IMG/VR virus record: IMGVR_UViG_3300037755_000987 | Span: 1-64,000 of that record | Source of the DNA: a virus | Taxonomy: Duplodnaviria > Caudoviricetes | Strand: one strand, 5' to 3' | DNA length: 64,000 nucleotides | Shown: positions 18,865-28,596 of the stretch, in pieces | How positions within the stretch are numbered: position 1 is the first letter of the stretch | Layout: every line of letters starts with the position of its first letter | Program-made: the position numbers and the translations under genes | The notes under the pieces: model-generated | The model's input: the letters and a program-made list of their open reading frames with translations, nothing else | Database searches by the model: none | What the model was told of the DNA's origin: nothing

Positions 18865-19631
18865 GGATCGACGACGACGTCCTCGAGGTCCTGCGCCGCG
18901 CCCGGATCACCGGCGGGCGCCTCACCCTCCCCCACCAACTCGAGCGGAAGATCTACGTCCGCGTCGACCGCGTGCTCAAGGCGATGGGCGCGACCTGGAA
19001 CCGCAAGATGCAGGCGCACCTCTTCGAGGAGCACGCCGCCGACGTCATCGACGACGCGCTCGCGACCGGCGTCGTGGTCGACCACCGGCGCGAGTTCAAC
19101 CTGTTCGAGACGCCGGCGCCGCTCGCGCGGCAGCTCGTCGAGCTTGCAGGCGTCCAGGCCGGGATGAAGGTTCTCGAGCCGAGCGCCGGGCCCGGGCGCA
19201 TCGTCCGCGCGCTGCTCGACGCCGGCGCCCGCGTCTGGTGCGTCGAGATCGAGGAACGGACGGCGCGTCCGCTGCTCGACGAGCTCGCAACCGAGTTCGT
19301 CTACGTCGGCGACTTCCTCGAGTGGTCGAAGGACCCCGAGGAAGGGCTCTTCGACCGGATCGTCGCCAACCCGCCATTCTCGCGCAGCCAGGACGTTGAG
19401 CACGTCGAGGCGATGTGGCGGCTGCTCGCTCCTGGCGGGCGGCTCGTCTCGGTGATGTCTCCGGGGTGGACGTTTCACCGCACGCATCGCGCGGATCTCT
19501 TCCGCGCGTTCGCCTACGGTCACGGCTGCCAGTGGGAGATGTTGCCGGAGCGGTCGTTCCGGGAGAGCGGCACCGACGTTAACTGCGGAGTGATGGTCAT
19601 CGACAAGCCGGCGGGAGGCGAAAATGGCTGA
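18861..19631 (+). CDS. class I SAM-dependent amino-type DNA methyltransferase
   Basis: FNLFETP, VLEPSAGPGRI, CVEIE, IVANPPFS, FRESGTDV. Confidence 0.85.
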   Translation: MRIDDDVLEVLRRARITGGRLTLPHQLERKIYVRVDRVLKAMGATWNRKMQAHLFEEHAADVIDDALATGVVVDHRREFNLFETPAPLARQLVELAGVQAGMKVLEPSAGPGRIVRALLDAGARVWCVEIEERTARPLLDELATEFVYVGDFLEWSKDPEEGLFDRIVANPPFSRSQDVEHVEAMWRLLAPGGRLVSVMSPGWTFHRTHRADLFRAFAYGHGCQWEMLPERSFRESGTDVNCGVMVIDKPAGGENG

Positions 19632-19971
19632 TCGAACCGAGGTCCAACCCGTGGTCGGTGAGGGCGTCACCGTCTGCCGCTGGAGCGACCGGGACGCCGC
19701 GACGATCGTCGCCGTCACGCCGAGCGGCAAGTCCTTCGACATCCAGCTCGACAACGCGACGCTGCTCAACGGCGCCAACAGCGGCGAGCCGGACGCCCTC
19801 AAGATGGCGGCCGGTGGCTTCGCCGGTCACACGACCGGCGTCCAGCGCTGGAAGTGCGAGCCGGCCCCGGAAGGCCCTGTCCACCGGGTGCGCTTGACGA
19901 AGCGCGGCTGGATGCTCGACGGCCAGCGCGTGATCGCCGGACGCCACCACCACCACGACTTCAACTTCTGA
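19624..19971 (+). CDS. conserved phage hypothetical protein
   Basis: VGEGVT--WSDR-AATI pattern; terminal GRHHHHDFNF. Confidence 0.65.
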   Translation: MADRTEVQPVVGEGVTVCRWSDRDAATIVAVTPSGKSFDIQLDNATLLNGANSGEPDALKMAAGGFAGHTTGVQRWKCEPAPEGPVHRVRLTKRGWMLDGQRVIAGRHHHHDFNF

Positions 19972-19980
19972 GGAGACGCG

Positions 19981-20175
19981 ATGAGCGAGCGAACCGAAAC
20001 GATGTCCGCCTCCGGCGTCAACGCCTGGGTGAAGAAGTCCGCCGGGAAGGTGGCGTCGCTGGCCTTCGCCGGCGGCACCGGAGTCACGATCGAGATCGAA
20101 GGCGACGAGGACGAGCTGCTGGCGTTCGCCCGGAACCTCGAGGAGGCCATCCGTGCCGGACGCCGCAATGCCTGA
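19981..20175 (+). CDS. small hypothetical protein
   Basis: GAGGAG RBS. Confidence 0.5.
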   Translation: MSERTETMSASGVNAWVKKSAGKVASLAFAGGTGVTIEIEGDEDELLAFARNLEEAIRAGRRNA

Positions 20176-20605
20176 GCAGGTCGTCGAGCACTGGTTCTAC
20201 ACCGGCAAGAGGCTGCTGCGTGGTGGCAGCCTGGCACACGCTTGGTTGACGCCCAGCGGCAGGGAGCCGGCCTTCGTCGTCAAGGGGCGGGACCGCTTCG
20301 CGATCGGCGGCGTCTACGAGGCAACGGTGAGCGGCACCGACGGGGCGCTCAGCCTCCACGGCCAGCCGAAGTTCCTCCGCGCGCATGGAGTCGGCGACGA
20401 GCAGGTGCGCGGGTGGATCGCGGAGTCGACTGCCTCGGTAGCCGCTCACGAGATGGCGCGAGCGGAGAAGCGGGCCAAGGCCACGGCCGCGAAGCGGTTC
20501 GGAGAGCTGACGCTCGAAGAGTTGCGGGCCACGATGAACAAGGCTCTCCCCCACCACCGCACCGGGCTCGCCGCGGCGGTGTTGGATTACCTCCTGAGGA
20601 GATGA
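20168..20605 (+). CDS. hypothetical protein
   Basis: Overlapping chain. Confidence 0.55.
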   Translation: MPEQVVEHWFYTGKRLLRGGSLAHAWLTPSGREPAFVVKGRDRFAIGGVYEATVSGTDGALSLHGQPKFLRAHGVGDEQVRGWIAESTASVAAHEMARAEKRAKATAAKRFGELTLEELRATMNKALPHHRTGLAAAVLDYLLRR

Positions 20606-20832
20606 CGATGCTCAAGACCGAGACGTACTCGTCCAGGATCGAGCGCGCGATTCTCGCCGCGTCGCGCCAGCACCAAGCAACGTCCGGACTCGTCGATCCG
20701 ACGCCCGTCTTCGAGCACGGCCAGTGGTGGGTGGTCGGCTTCGATGCCGAGGATGATCGGGTCATCTACTCCGCCCACGACGCCGAGGGTCCCGGCTCGG
20801 TCGACGGCTTCGACTTCGAGTTGATGCCATGA
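20602..20832 (+). CDS. small acidic hypothetical protein
   Basis: ATGA overlap. Confidence 0.5.
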   Translation: MTMLKTETYSSRIERAILAASRQHQATSGLVDPTPVFEHGQWWVVGFDAEDDRVIYSAHDAEGPGSVDGFDFELMP

Positions 20833-21308
20833 CGCCGGCGCCACCCCCGCGCTACCGCCTCGAACTGGTCCGCGAGGACCCCGACGCCGCCGTCTTGCCG
20901 TTCCGATGCAGCGACCCCGGGACGCTGGTCGGGTTCCTCTGGCGCACCGTCTTCGCCCGATCGCCCAGCGAACGCCTGGTGGTGGTGTGGACCGACCACC
21001 AGTACGGCGTGATCGGCTGGTCGGACATCGCGCTGGGGACGGCCGTGTCGGTCTGCTGCGACCCTCGACTGATCTTCGCGAGCGCGCTGCTCTGCAACGC
21101 CTCGGCGATCGTCGTCGCCCACAACCATCCGAGCGGTGAGGTGACGCCGTCCGAAATCGACCTGCGCCAGGCCAACCGGCTCGCGTCCGGCGGCGAGATC
21201 CTCGGCCTGCCGCTCGTCGACTTCCTGATCGTCGGCGGGGCGCAGCGCTACACCTCCCTGCGCGACCGGGGGTTCCTGATGGACTCGACTCGGAGCGCCG
21301 CGGCATGA
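20829..21308 (+). CDS. RadC-like JAB domain protein
   Basis: E..VV, AHNHPSG-PSEID, PLVDFLIVG. Confidence 0.9.
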   Translation: MTPAPPPRYRLELVREDPDAAVLPFRCSDPGTLVGFLWRTVFARSPSERLVVVWTDHQYGVIGWSDIALGTAVSVCCDPRLIFASALLCNASAIVVAHNHPSGEVTPSEIDLRQANRLASGGEILGLPLVDFLIVGGAQRYTSLRDRGFLMDSTRSAAA

Positions 21309-21685
21309 AGGTGTTCGTCGTCACCGCTCGAGGCCGCATGACGCTCGGCAATTACGTCGCGTTCGTCAAGAGAGCGATCGCCTACCCAAACGCGTCCTGC
21401 TGGGGCGGCCTGAAGACCGAGGGTCCGACGACCGGCCGTGACATCCGGTGGGAGTTCCTGGAGGGCGTCCACGATCGAATCAACCAGGCCGTCCCGTACC
21501 GGCTGCGCGGCCACGTCGAGCCCCGGCTGCCGCGGTGGCGCAAACTCAGCCTCGACTGGCAGCGAGCCGCGCTACAACTCGCCCGCCGAGTCAACACGCC
21601 GCGGCTCATCGTCCGCGAGAACGAAGTCCCACCCGAGTTTCGCCGGCGTCTCGCTGGCCGGCTCACGCGACTGGAGGACCTGTAG
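21305..21685 (+). CDS. hypothetical protein
   Basis: ATGA overlap. Confidence 0.55.
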   Translation: MKVFVVTARGRMTLGNYVAFVKRAIAYPNASCWGGLKTEGPTTGRDIRWEFLEGVHDRINQAVPYRLRGHVEPRLPRWRKLSLDWQRAALQLARRVNTPRLIVRENEVPPEFRRRLAGRLTRLEDL

Positions 21686-21687
21686 AA

Positions 21688-22305
21688 ATGAGCAAGACGA
21701 TCGAGCTTGAAGACCTCGGCATCACGCGAGAGGACCTGACCGAGCGACTGGTGGCCAACCTCGCCGAGCGGCTGCTGTCTGAACACGGCATCCCGGTCCG
21801 CACGACGGTGCGGCTGGAGGACGACGAGGGCGACGACGTCGACGACGTGGTCACCTCGCCGTTCGCTCAGGCGCTACACGACCGGGTGGAGAGCGCGGTC
21901 GCCGAGGCGGTCGACAGGGTCGCGGCGGAGCACGTGATCGCGAACCTCGACCAGTACCTCATCAGCCTCGACATGACGCCCACGAATCGCTGGGGCGAGT
22001 CGAACGGGCCGCGGTTGACGCTTCGCGAGTGGATCGACCAGCGGATCGACGGCTGGCTGCGCGAGCGCGTCGACTACCACGGCAGGTCGCGAGCCGAGGG
22101 CAGCGGAGGCGGCGCCGACACGCCGCGCATCGTCTACCTGGTCCACCAGCACCTCCACACCATGGTCGGCGTCCGCATCGAGAAGGCGCTCAAGGAGGTC
22201 AACACCGCGATGGGCGAGGGCCTCGCCGAGGTCGTCCGTGACGAAGTCGGGAAGATCGCCGAGAGGCTCTCGGTGGAGGTGTCCACCAACAAACGCCGGG
22301 CGTAG
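21688..22305 (+). CDS. hypothetical protein
   Basis: GGAGG RBS; TNRWGE motif. Confidence 0.6.
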   Translation: MSKTIELEDLGITREDLTERLVANLAERLLSEHGIPVRTTVRLEDDEGDDVDDVVTSPFAQALHDRVESAVAEAVDRVAAEHVIANLDQYLISLDMTPTNRWGESNGPRLTLREWIDQRIDGWLRERVDYHGRSRAEGSGGGADTPRIVYLVHQHLHTMVGVRIEKALKEVNTAMGEGLAEVVRDEVGKIAERLSVEVSTNKRRA

Positions 22306-22337
22306 CAGGTACCCGCCCGGCAGGACGGAGAAACCCG

Positions 22338-22634
22338 ATGGATCTGAACCATGAAGCCGCCCGCAAGCTGGAGCGCGAAGCGCTGGCCGTCGCCGGCCGC
22401 AGCAAGGCGGCCGCCATCCTCACCCTGTACCACCGCCGCCTCGAAGTCGAGAAGACGATGCTCGTCAGCGAGCTCGCCGCGGAGGTCGGCATCTCGCCGA
22501 GCGCGATGTCGCACGCGCTCGAGCACCTCGTCAACCGCGGAATGGTCGAGCGAAGGCGCGTACGCGGCGTCACGCAGTGCAGCATCACGCCCCGCGGCGT
22601 CGACGTCGTAGTCTTGCTGGCGTACACCGCCTGA
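22338..22634 (+). CDS. MarR-like winged-helix regulator
   Basis: VSELAAEVGISPSAMSHALEHLVNRGMVERRR-SITPRG. Confidence 0.8.
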   Translation: MDLNHEAARKLEREALAVAGRSKAAAILTLYHRRLEVEKTMLVSELAAEVGISPSAMSHALEHLVNRGMVERRRVRGVTQCSITPRGVDVVVLLAYTA

Positions 22635-22900
22635 TGGGCCTCCTGATCTACCCCGACCGGGAGCCCCAGCGTCTCTCCTGGGAGCCGAGGGTCGGCCTCG
22701 AGATCCGCGGAGAGCGTCGCCGCGACGCCGTCGCCCTGGTGCTCCTGCGCCATCGGGCCTCGTTCGTGGTCGAGTCGACCGCGCCCAACACCTTCCTCTT
22801 CCGCGTGGCGGCCATGAGCTTTGACGTGGTCTGGAGGGCCTGGGATGAAACCCGCGACCTCGAGGCGATGGCCTCACCTGACAACGCCGGCCCGGATTGA
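22634..22900 (+). CDS. hypothetical protein
   Basis: TGATG coupling. Confidence 0.45.
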   Translation: MGLLIYPDREPQRLSWEPRVGLEIRGERRRDAVALVLLRHRASFVVESTAPNTFLFRVAAMSFDVVWRAWDETRDLEAMASPDNAGPD

Positions 22901-22906
22901 TATACT
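22878..22906 (+). promoter_or_regulatory. sigma70-type promoter, class B
   Basis: CTGACA-17 nt-TATACT with TG extension. Confidence 0.7.
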
Positions 22907-22941
22907 TCACCTGATGACCAATCACCACGGAGGCACCGCAC

Positions 22942-23403
22942 ATGCCCCGCAGTCACCACCGGGCGAAGCCTGACCAGCCGCGCAGGTCCTGTGGCGGCTG
23001 TACGCTGTGCTGCACCCTCCTCGCGCTGAACGACGCGCCGTTCGCGAAGCCATCGCGATGCGACTGTCCGTTCGCCACCGCCGGTGAGGGCTGCCGGATC
23101 TACCGCGACCGACCGACCGAGTGCCGGACCATGAGCTGCCTGTGGCTGCAGGACGGCGAGGGCCGCTTCCTGGCGGACGCCGACCGGCCGGATCGTTCCG
23201 GCGTCGTCGTCATCGGCGTCAAGGGCTCGCCGCCGCGGCTCGAGCTGCACGAATCGGTGCACGGAGCAGCGGACGCGGACCCGTTCTGGACGCTGGTGGC
23301 GGCGGTCAGCCTCGGCGGACAAGGGGTCCGGATCATCGGCCCGTCCGGCGCCGCGCGGTTCCCGGCATCGGAGCCGACCCTCGGAAGGAGGCCGACCTCA
23401 TGA
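22942..23403 (+). CDS. YkgJ-like CxxCxxCC metal-cluster protein
   Basis: CGGCTLCC, CPF, GCRIYRDRPTECR-CLWL. Confidence 0.8.
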   Translation: MPRSHHRAKPDQPRRSCGGCTLCCTLLALNDAPFAKPSRCDCPFATAGEGCRIYRDRPTECRTMSCLWLQDGEGRFLADADRPDRSGVVVIGVKGSPPRLELHESVHGAADADPFWTLVAAVSLGGQGVRIIGPSGAARFPASEPTLGRRPTS

Positions 23404-23609
23404 AGCGCCCGTACCTCACCCCGAAGGTCCTCGCCGGGCTGCGCCTGCTCGCCGGCGAGCAGGCTGAGTACCTCGCCTCGCTGGCTCTGCACCCCGCCGA
23501 TTACGAGCTGCGCGCCGCGGCCGTGTCCTACCTCGAACGCTGGATCGTCCGCCAAGAGGAGCGGCGGGCGAAACGAAAGGAGTCCTCAGTTGCGAACGAC
23601 GCACCATGA
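23400..23609 (+). CDS. small hypothetical protein
   Basis: ATGA overlap; AGGAGG RBS. Confidence 0.5.
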   Translation: MKRPYLTPKVLAGLRLLAGEQAEYLASLALHPADYELRAAAVSYLERWIVRQEERRAKRKESSVANDAP

Positions 23610-23868
23610 AATGCGCACCGAGCGGGTCGAGACGATCCGGGTTCTGTTGACGCCGGTGGATCTGCGGGACCTGCTCGACGGCAAGATCCCCGGGCTCGAC
23701 GGGATGGCCGAGGAGATCAAGTTCTACGTGGAGCGCGCCGGCCGAAGCACTGTCGGGCTCGACCAGGACCAACCGTTGATCCTCGAGGTCAAGCGTCGCG
23801 AAGTGCTGGTCACCGATCTCAACACCCCAACCAACGATCCCGCCGACCGGCGGGAGCAGGGAGGCTGA
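23590..23868 (+). CDS. hypothetical protein
   Basis: Overlapping chain; start uncertain. Confidence 0.45.
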   Translation: MRTTHHEMRTERVETIRVLLTPVDLRDLLDGKIPGLDGMAEEIKFYVERAGRSTVGLDQDQPLILEVKRREVLVTDLNTPTNDPADRREQGG

Positions 23869-23873
23869 CCCGA

Positions 23874-25934
23874 ATGATCGAGCTCGCCGAAGACCCAACC
23901 CCGCCGGCACCGCCCGGCGAGGACCGATACGAGGTCCTGCTGCTCGACCAGGTCGAGCCCGGGCCGTGGAACCGCCGACACTTCGAAAAGGTCGACCTAT
24001 CGCTCGAGGAGCTGGCCGGTTCGATCCGGACGAAGGGGGTCATCGCTCCGATCACGGTGCGGCGGCACCCCGACACCGCGGACCGCTACCAGATCGTCGC
24101 CGGCGAACGCCGCTGGCGCGCCTCGCAGCTCGCTGGCCGACCCGACATCCCATGCATCATCCGAGCGCTGACGTCCGACGAGGCGAGGGAGATCTGCGTC
24201 ATCGAGAACCTCCAGAGGAAGGACCTGGCGGCGATCGAGGAGGCGCAGGGGGTCGCGCTGCTGCTGGCCCGGGAAGGCGCCACGCCCGAGTCGGTGGCGC
24301 TCGAGATCGGCCGCGCGGAGGCGTGGGTCGCCCAGCGCTACTCGATCGCCATGCAGCTCTCGGAGAAGTGGCAGAAGGCGGTCCTCGACCTAGAGTCGCC
24401 GTTCGGGCAGCTCACCGCCGGCCACCTGATCGTGGTGAGCCGGATGCCGGTCGAGATCCAGGACCGGCTGCTCGAGGCCGACATCTTCTGGACCTGGAAC
24501 CCGCGGGACCACCGCAAGAGGATGCCGGTGGTCCCGACAATCGACGGCCTCCGGCGGTGGGCGGAGCGCTACCAGCGGAACCTCAACACCGCCCCGTGGA
24601 AGTTGGCCGACGCCGACCTGGTGCCGGAGGCTGGACCGTGCACGACGTGCCCGAAGCGCTCCGGCGCCGCGCTCCTGCTGTGGGACGAGTCGGAGCTCGA
24701 GGATCATGGTCCCGATGGCCGGAAGCGGAAGAAGCCGGCCGACCACTGCCTCGACCCGGCGTGCTGGCAGACGAAGGTCGAGGCGCTGATCGACCGAGCG
24801 GCCGCGGAGGCGAAGTCGGAGTACGGCGAGGTCATCTTCGTCACGGACGGCTCCGGCTACGGCTCGGACCCGCCGGCGCGCTACCCGGGCGCGAAGCGGC
24901 GCTACAACCTGCTCGAGAGCAGCGGCCCGGCGGAGGGCTTCGTGCCGTGCATCGTGGTCGACGGCCACGACGCTGGCCGCTTCTTCTTCGGGAGGTCACA
25001 GGCGACCGGAAGTAGGCCGGACGAGCCGAAGGGGCCGACGCCGCTCAAGGAGCGCCGCAAGCAGCTCAAGCGCCGGCGGGAGCGCACGGCGATCGAGAAC
25101 CTGTTCGCGCTGGTGCGGGGCGTCAAGGAGGTACCGGACCTCTCGACCGTCGCGCGGTTGGCTGCCTGCGTCGGCCTCGACGTCAAGGTGGATCGTCCCG
25201 CCGGCGGGCACGACGACTTCTGGCCGTGGAAGAGCGCCTACCACGACGACCTGCCGGCTGATCCCGTGCCGCTCGAGGAGTGGCGGGCGAAGGTGCCGGA
25301 GTCGGGCCATGTGACGTGGGCTCGCTTCGACATCCTCGACGACGACCGGACGGCCGCGGTGCTGTGGCGTTGGGTCCTGAACGTCTTCGCCGGCCGGCTG
25401 CAGTACGCGCCGAACTGGAACACGGGCCTCCAGTGGCTCGAGGTCACGCGCCTGGCGGAGATCGTCGACATCAACCCGGTACCGATCTGGGAGGCCGCCG
25501 TCGAGGGCCACCCGGAGCCGAAGTCGTGGGAGCGGTTGAACGAGGACGGCACGCCGAAGACGAAGGCGGAGCCGTCGAAGAAGAGGGCCGCGAGGGCCGA
25601 GCCGCCAGCGGGGACGGGTTCCGAGGCGACGCTGTTCTTGACCGACATCCAGGCCAAGACCGACATCCCGTACCCGACCCTGAGTCGGCTCTTCGAGGTC
25701 CACTCGGCGGAGATCCCGCACGAGATGAAGGGCCGGTACCGCTACTTCCCGGTCGAGGCGGTGGTCATCTTCCAGCGGCTCGCCGCAGACGCGAAGACGT
25801 CTACGGCAGCAACTCCACCCCCCACCCCCGAGCCGTCGAAACGTGCGCGTACGAAGCCGAAAGCCGCGGCGAAGGGCAAGAAGCGCCCGAAGGCGAAGAG
25901 GGCGACGAAGAGCGCCGCCGGAGATCCCGAATGA
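23874..25934 (+). CDS. parB: large ParB/RepB/Spo0J family protein with C-terminal HTH and Lys-rich tail
   Basis: LAGSIRTKGVIAPITVR, YQIVAGERRWRA, IENLQRKDL-EEA; CTTCPKRSG. Confidence 0.9.
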   Translation: MIELAEDPTPPAPPGEDRYEVLLLDQVEPGPWNRRHFEKVDLSLEELAGSIRTKGVIAPITVRRHPDTADRYQIVAGERRWRASQLAGRPDIPCIIRALTSDEAREICVIENLQRKDLAAIEEAQGVALLLAREGATPESVALEIGRAEAWVAQRYSIAMQLSEKWQKAVLDLESPFGQLTAGHLIVVSRMPVEIQDRLLEADIFWTWNPRDHRKRMPVVPTIDGLRRWAERYQRNLNTAPWKLADADLVPEAGPCTTCPKRSGAALLLWDESELEDHGPDGRKRKKPADHCLDPACWQTKVEALIDRAAAEAKSEYGEVIFVTDGSGYGSDPPARYPGAKRRYNLLESSGPAEGFVPCIVVDGHDAGRFFFGRSQATGSRPDEPKGPTPLKERRKQLKRRRERTAIENLFALVRGVKEVPDLSTVARLAACVGLDVKVDRPAGGHDDFWPWKSAYHDDLPADPVPLEEWRAKVPESGHVTWARFDILDDDRTAAVLWRWVLNVFAGRLQYAPNWNTGLQWLEVTRLAEIVDINPVPIWEAAVEGHPEPKSWERLNEDGTPKTKAEPSKKRAARAEPPAGTGSEATLFLTDIQAKTDIPYPTLSRLFEVHSAEIPHEMKGRYRYFPVEAVVIFQRLAADAKTSTAATPPPTPEPSKRARTKPKAAAKGKKRPKAKRATKSAAGDPE

Positions 25935-26452
25935 GCGATGCCCGCGAGTGCAACGCCTGTGGCGAACTGGCGCGGTTGCTCGACACGATCCACCTCACCG
26001 TCGAGGCGCCGTTCGAGAAGAAGTCGGCCACCGGCCTCGCCGGCGACGTCCTCTTCCGCACCTGGGAGGTCGACATCGACGCCGCCTGCCTCGACCGACC
26101 GCTGCGCGACGTTCTCGTGGCTGCCTGTATCGGCTTCGGCCTGCCGGCGAGCGAGGTCAAGGCCCCGGTCGAGGAAAAAGCCGGCCGAGGCGGCGCCGAA
26201 ATGACGAACGTCGAAACCGACCGATTCGAGGCTGGCTACCGCGCCGGCCGCCGATCTCTTGCTGAAAGCCTACTCTCGCAACTGTCTCGGGCGCTTGATC
26301 CTCGCCAGCAAGACGCCATCGCCGTGCTGAGCGAACTGGAGTCGGCGCGCACGGCACTGCGTGACCTGGTCGACGAGCCGGACTGGCCGGCAGGCCTTCA
26401 CCTTCAGGACGTGATCGAGAAGTACATCCGTCCGCTGATCCCCGAGGAGTGA
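25931..26452 (+). CDS. hypothetical protein (possibly two fused ORFs)
   Basis: ATGA overlap; second in-frame ATG at 26201. Confidence 0.5.
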   Translation: MSDARECNACGELARLLDTIHLTVEAPFEKKSATGLAGDVLFRTWEVDIDAACLDRPLRDVLVAACIGFGLPASEVKAPVEEKAGRGGAEMTNVETDRFEAGYRAGRRSLAESLLSQLSRALDPRQQDAIAVLSELESARTALRDLVDEPDWPAGLHLQDVIEKYIRPLIPEE

Positions 26453-26455
26453 TCG

Positions 26456-26722
26456 ATGGAGCGCATCCCTTTCACGCAGTACCTTCTCCCGGACGGCCGC
26501 ACTCGGCCGACGGCCTTCGACGCGCCCGACGACGTCGCGGCGAGGGCGCGGGCCATCATCGCGGCTGGCCACCGCTTCGAGTGCGAGGTCTTGACCACCG
26601 GAGAGGTGAGCCTGACGATCCACGACGTCGAGAACGGCGAGGACCTGGCGATCGAAGTGGTGCCGAACGGCCCCGAAGTGCCTGAGGCGGTCGTTCGGTT
26701 GGTGGAGTCCTTCGATGCCTGA
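26456..26722 (+). CDS. conserved phage hypothetical protein
   Basis: IPFTQYLLPDGR, FECEVLTTGEVSLTI. Confidence 0.65.
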   Translation: MERIPFTQYLLPDGRTRPTAFDAPDDVAARARAIIAAGHRFECEVLTTGEVSLTIHDVENGEDLAIEVVPNGPEVPEAVVRLVESFDA

Positions 26723-26918
26723 CGACGTGACGATCGCCCCGGGCACCCGCTGGGTGGAGATCAAGACCCGGGCCTGGGTCACCGTGGAGGCGATCGCCGG
26801 CCACCGGGGCGATCTGGTGGAGTACCGGCGGGACCGCAGCACGGGCGTCTCAGGGCGGCGCCAGCGGGTGGCGGTTCTCGACGAGCACTTCCTCGAGCGG
26901 TTCGAGCCGAGGGACTGA
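26715..26918 (+). CDS. small SH3-like hypothetical protein
   Basis: PGTRWVE ... FLERFEP. Confidence 0.5.
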   Translation: MPDDVTIAPGTRWVEIKTRAWVTVEAIAGHRGDLVEYRRDRSTGVSGRRQRVAVLDEHFLERFEPRD

Positions 26919-26985
26919 GCGCAGGGAGGGAAGCTCTGACGCAACCAAACACGACAACGAAACACCTCACGGAGGCAAGAGGATC

Positions 26986-28593
26986 ATGGGAACCACCTTT
27001 CACCAGCAGAAACGGGCAGCGCTGCGGAGCTGGCCGCCGCCCGGAATCGACAAGGGCATCCGCGCGGCCTGCGAGCGGATCAACGCCTTCCGCGGCGTCT
27101 GCACGACGCAGAGCTGCGCCGGGCACGTCGAGCCGATCGAGCTGCATGGCCGCCTCTGGCTCCACCTCAACGCCGAGCTACGCTCCCGGCATGACGACCT
27201 CGCCCGCGACCTACTGGCGGCCGGCGCGGGGGTCGAGCAGGCGGGGATGCTCTACGATCGCGAGCCGTGGCCGACGTTCGAGGTGATCTTCGCGCCGTTG
27301 CGCGGGAGGGACGTGGGCGCGGCGGTGTGCGCCTGGCTGACGCTGCGCGGGCTGGGGCTGGAGCCAAGCGCCGCCAGAGACAGGGACCGCGTCGAGGCCG
27401 CTGTCGGCGTCTGGAGCGACCTTGCCGCTGAGGCTCTCGACGAAGCCAAGCGCATGGTCCCCGCCTCGGCCGATGGGAGCGTCAAGCCTCCGGTGATGCG
27501 TCCGGCTGCGGCGGGGACCGGCTTCCCTGGGGCGGGTCCGCGACTTTATGGCGCGCTCCCCCACCCGCCTGCTCGCCGATGGGCCATGTTCCCGGTCGGG
27601 AAGATCGAGGACCTCCAGAGAGGGGACATCGTTCGGGGCGCGGGCGGCGACTCCTATGTGGTCGACCGTAGAGACGGGGTCCGCGCGATCGGCATCCGCA
27701 CCGTCGCGATCACCAACCCCAGCGAGTGGAAGGTGAGGCGCCCGGTCGAGGCGGAGGCCGCCGGTGTCCCGGGCGCCGACTTGATCAAGGAGATGCACCG
27801 GGACATCGTCAAGCTGCGCGTCGCCGAGCAGACTGCCCACCTCCGCATGCTGGCCGCGGTCGAAGACGAGGTCGCCACCCTGAACGGCCCCGAGGCCGCC
27901 GGGCCGATCGATCGCATGATCCTGCTTACCAGGCGCGGCAGCGGATCGTGGCTGATCACCGAAGGCTACCGCGTCGGCGGATGGCTGGCGCTCGACGAAG
28001 CGGTGGCGACCGTCGCCGCGGTGATGATGGACGACGGCGACCGCCGCGGGCTGGCGAAGAGGATGGAGACGGTCGAAGAGCAGCGCGCGGACCGCGACAG
28101 GTGGCGCTCGCCGGCCGTCGAGGCGAGCGGCGAGGTCGAGGAGGTGGTCGACGCCGAGTACGCGGAACAGCAGTTGGATGGTGTGGCAGTGCGACAGCGA
28201 CTAGAGGCGGCGCTTGCGAAACTGGCGGGACTCGACGATGGTCCCGACGGCCAGATCACGCTGGCCCGTGCGTACATTCTCCAGGCCATTACCGGTTGCT
28301 CGTCTCCACCGTGGAAGTTCAAGCTCCTGAACGACTACCACAAGATCTTCAAGTCCCTGTTGGACGAGCTCAAGATCGAACTCGGCATGCCGGAGGCGGG
28401 GACAGAGGTGCTGCGTCGCATCCGGCTGATGCGGGAGGCTTGCGCGGAGCTGCGGCGGTGGTACTACGCGAACGGCGGCGAGTACATCGCCTGCGTCACG
28501 CCTCCCCACCGAAACAAGGTCGCGCCGACCAACGAGAAGGTGCTGGCGCTCTACCGCGCGTGGGATGCCATCGCCGCCGCGGGGAGGGGGTGA
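26986..28593 (+). CDS. mosaic protein with TYW3-like N-terminus
   Basis: IDKGIRAACERINAFRGVCTTQSCAGH. Confidence 0.55.
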   Translation: MGTTFHQQKRAALRSWPPPGIDKGIRAACERINAFRGVCTTQSCAGHVEPIELHGRLWLHLNAELRSRHDDLARDLLAAGAGVEQAGMLYDREPWPTFEVIFAPLRGRDVGAAVCAWLTLRGLGLEPSAARDRDRVEAAVGVWSDLAAEALDEAKRMVPASADGSVKPPVMRPAAAGTGFPGAGPRLYGALPHPPARRWAMFPVGKIEDLQRGDIVRGAGGDSYVVDRRDGVRAIGIRTVAITNPSEWKVRRPVEAEAAGVPGADLIKEMHRDIVKLRVAEQTAHLRMLAAVEDEVATLNGPEAAGPIDRMILLTRRGSGSWLITEGYRVGGWLALDEAVATVAAVMMDDGDRRGLAKRMETVEEQRADRDRWRSPAVEASGEVEEVVDAEYAEQQLDGVAVRQRLEAALAKLAGLDDGPDGQITLARAYILQAITGCSSPPWKFKLLNDYHKIFKSLLDELKIELGMPEAGTEVLRRIRLMREACAELRRWYYANGGEYIACVTPPHRNKVAPTNEKVLALYRAWDAIAAAGRG

Positions 28594-28596
28594 CCG

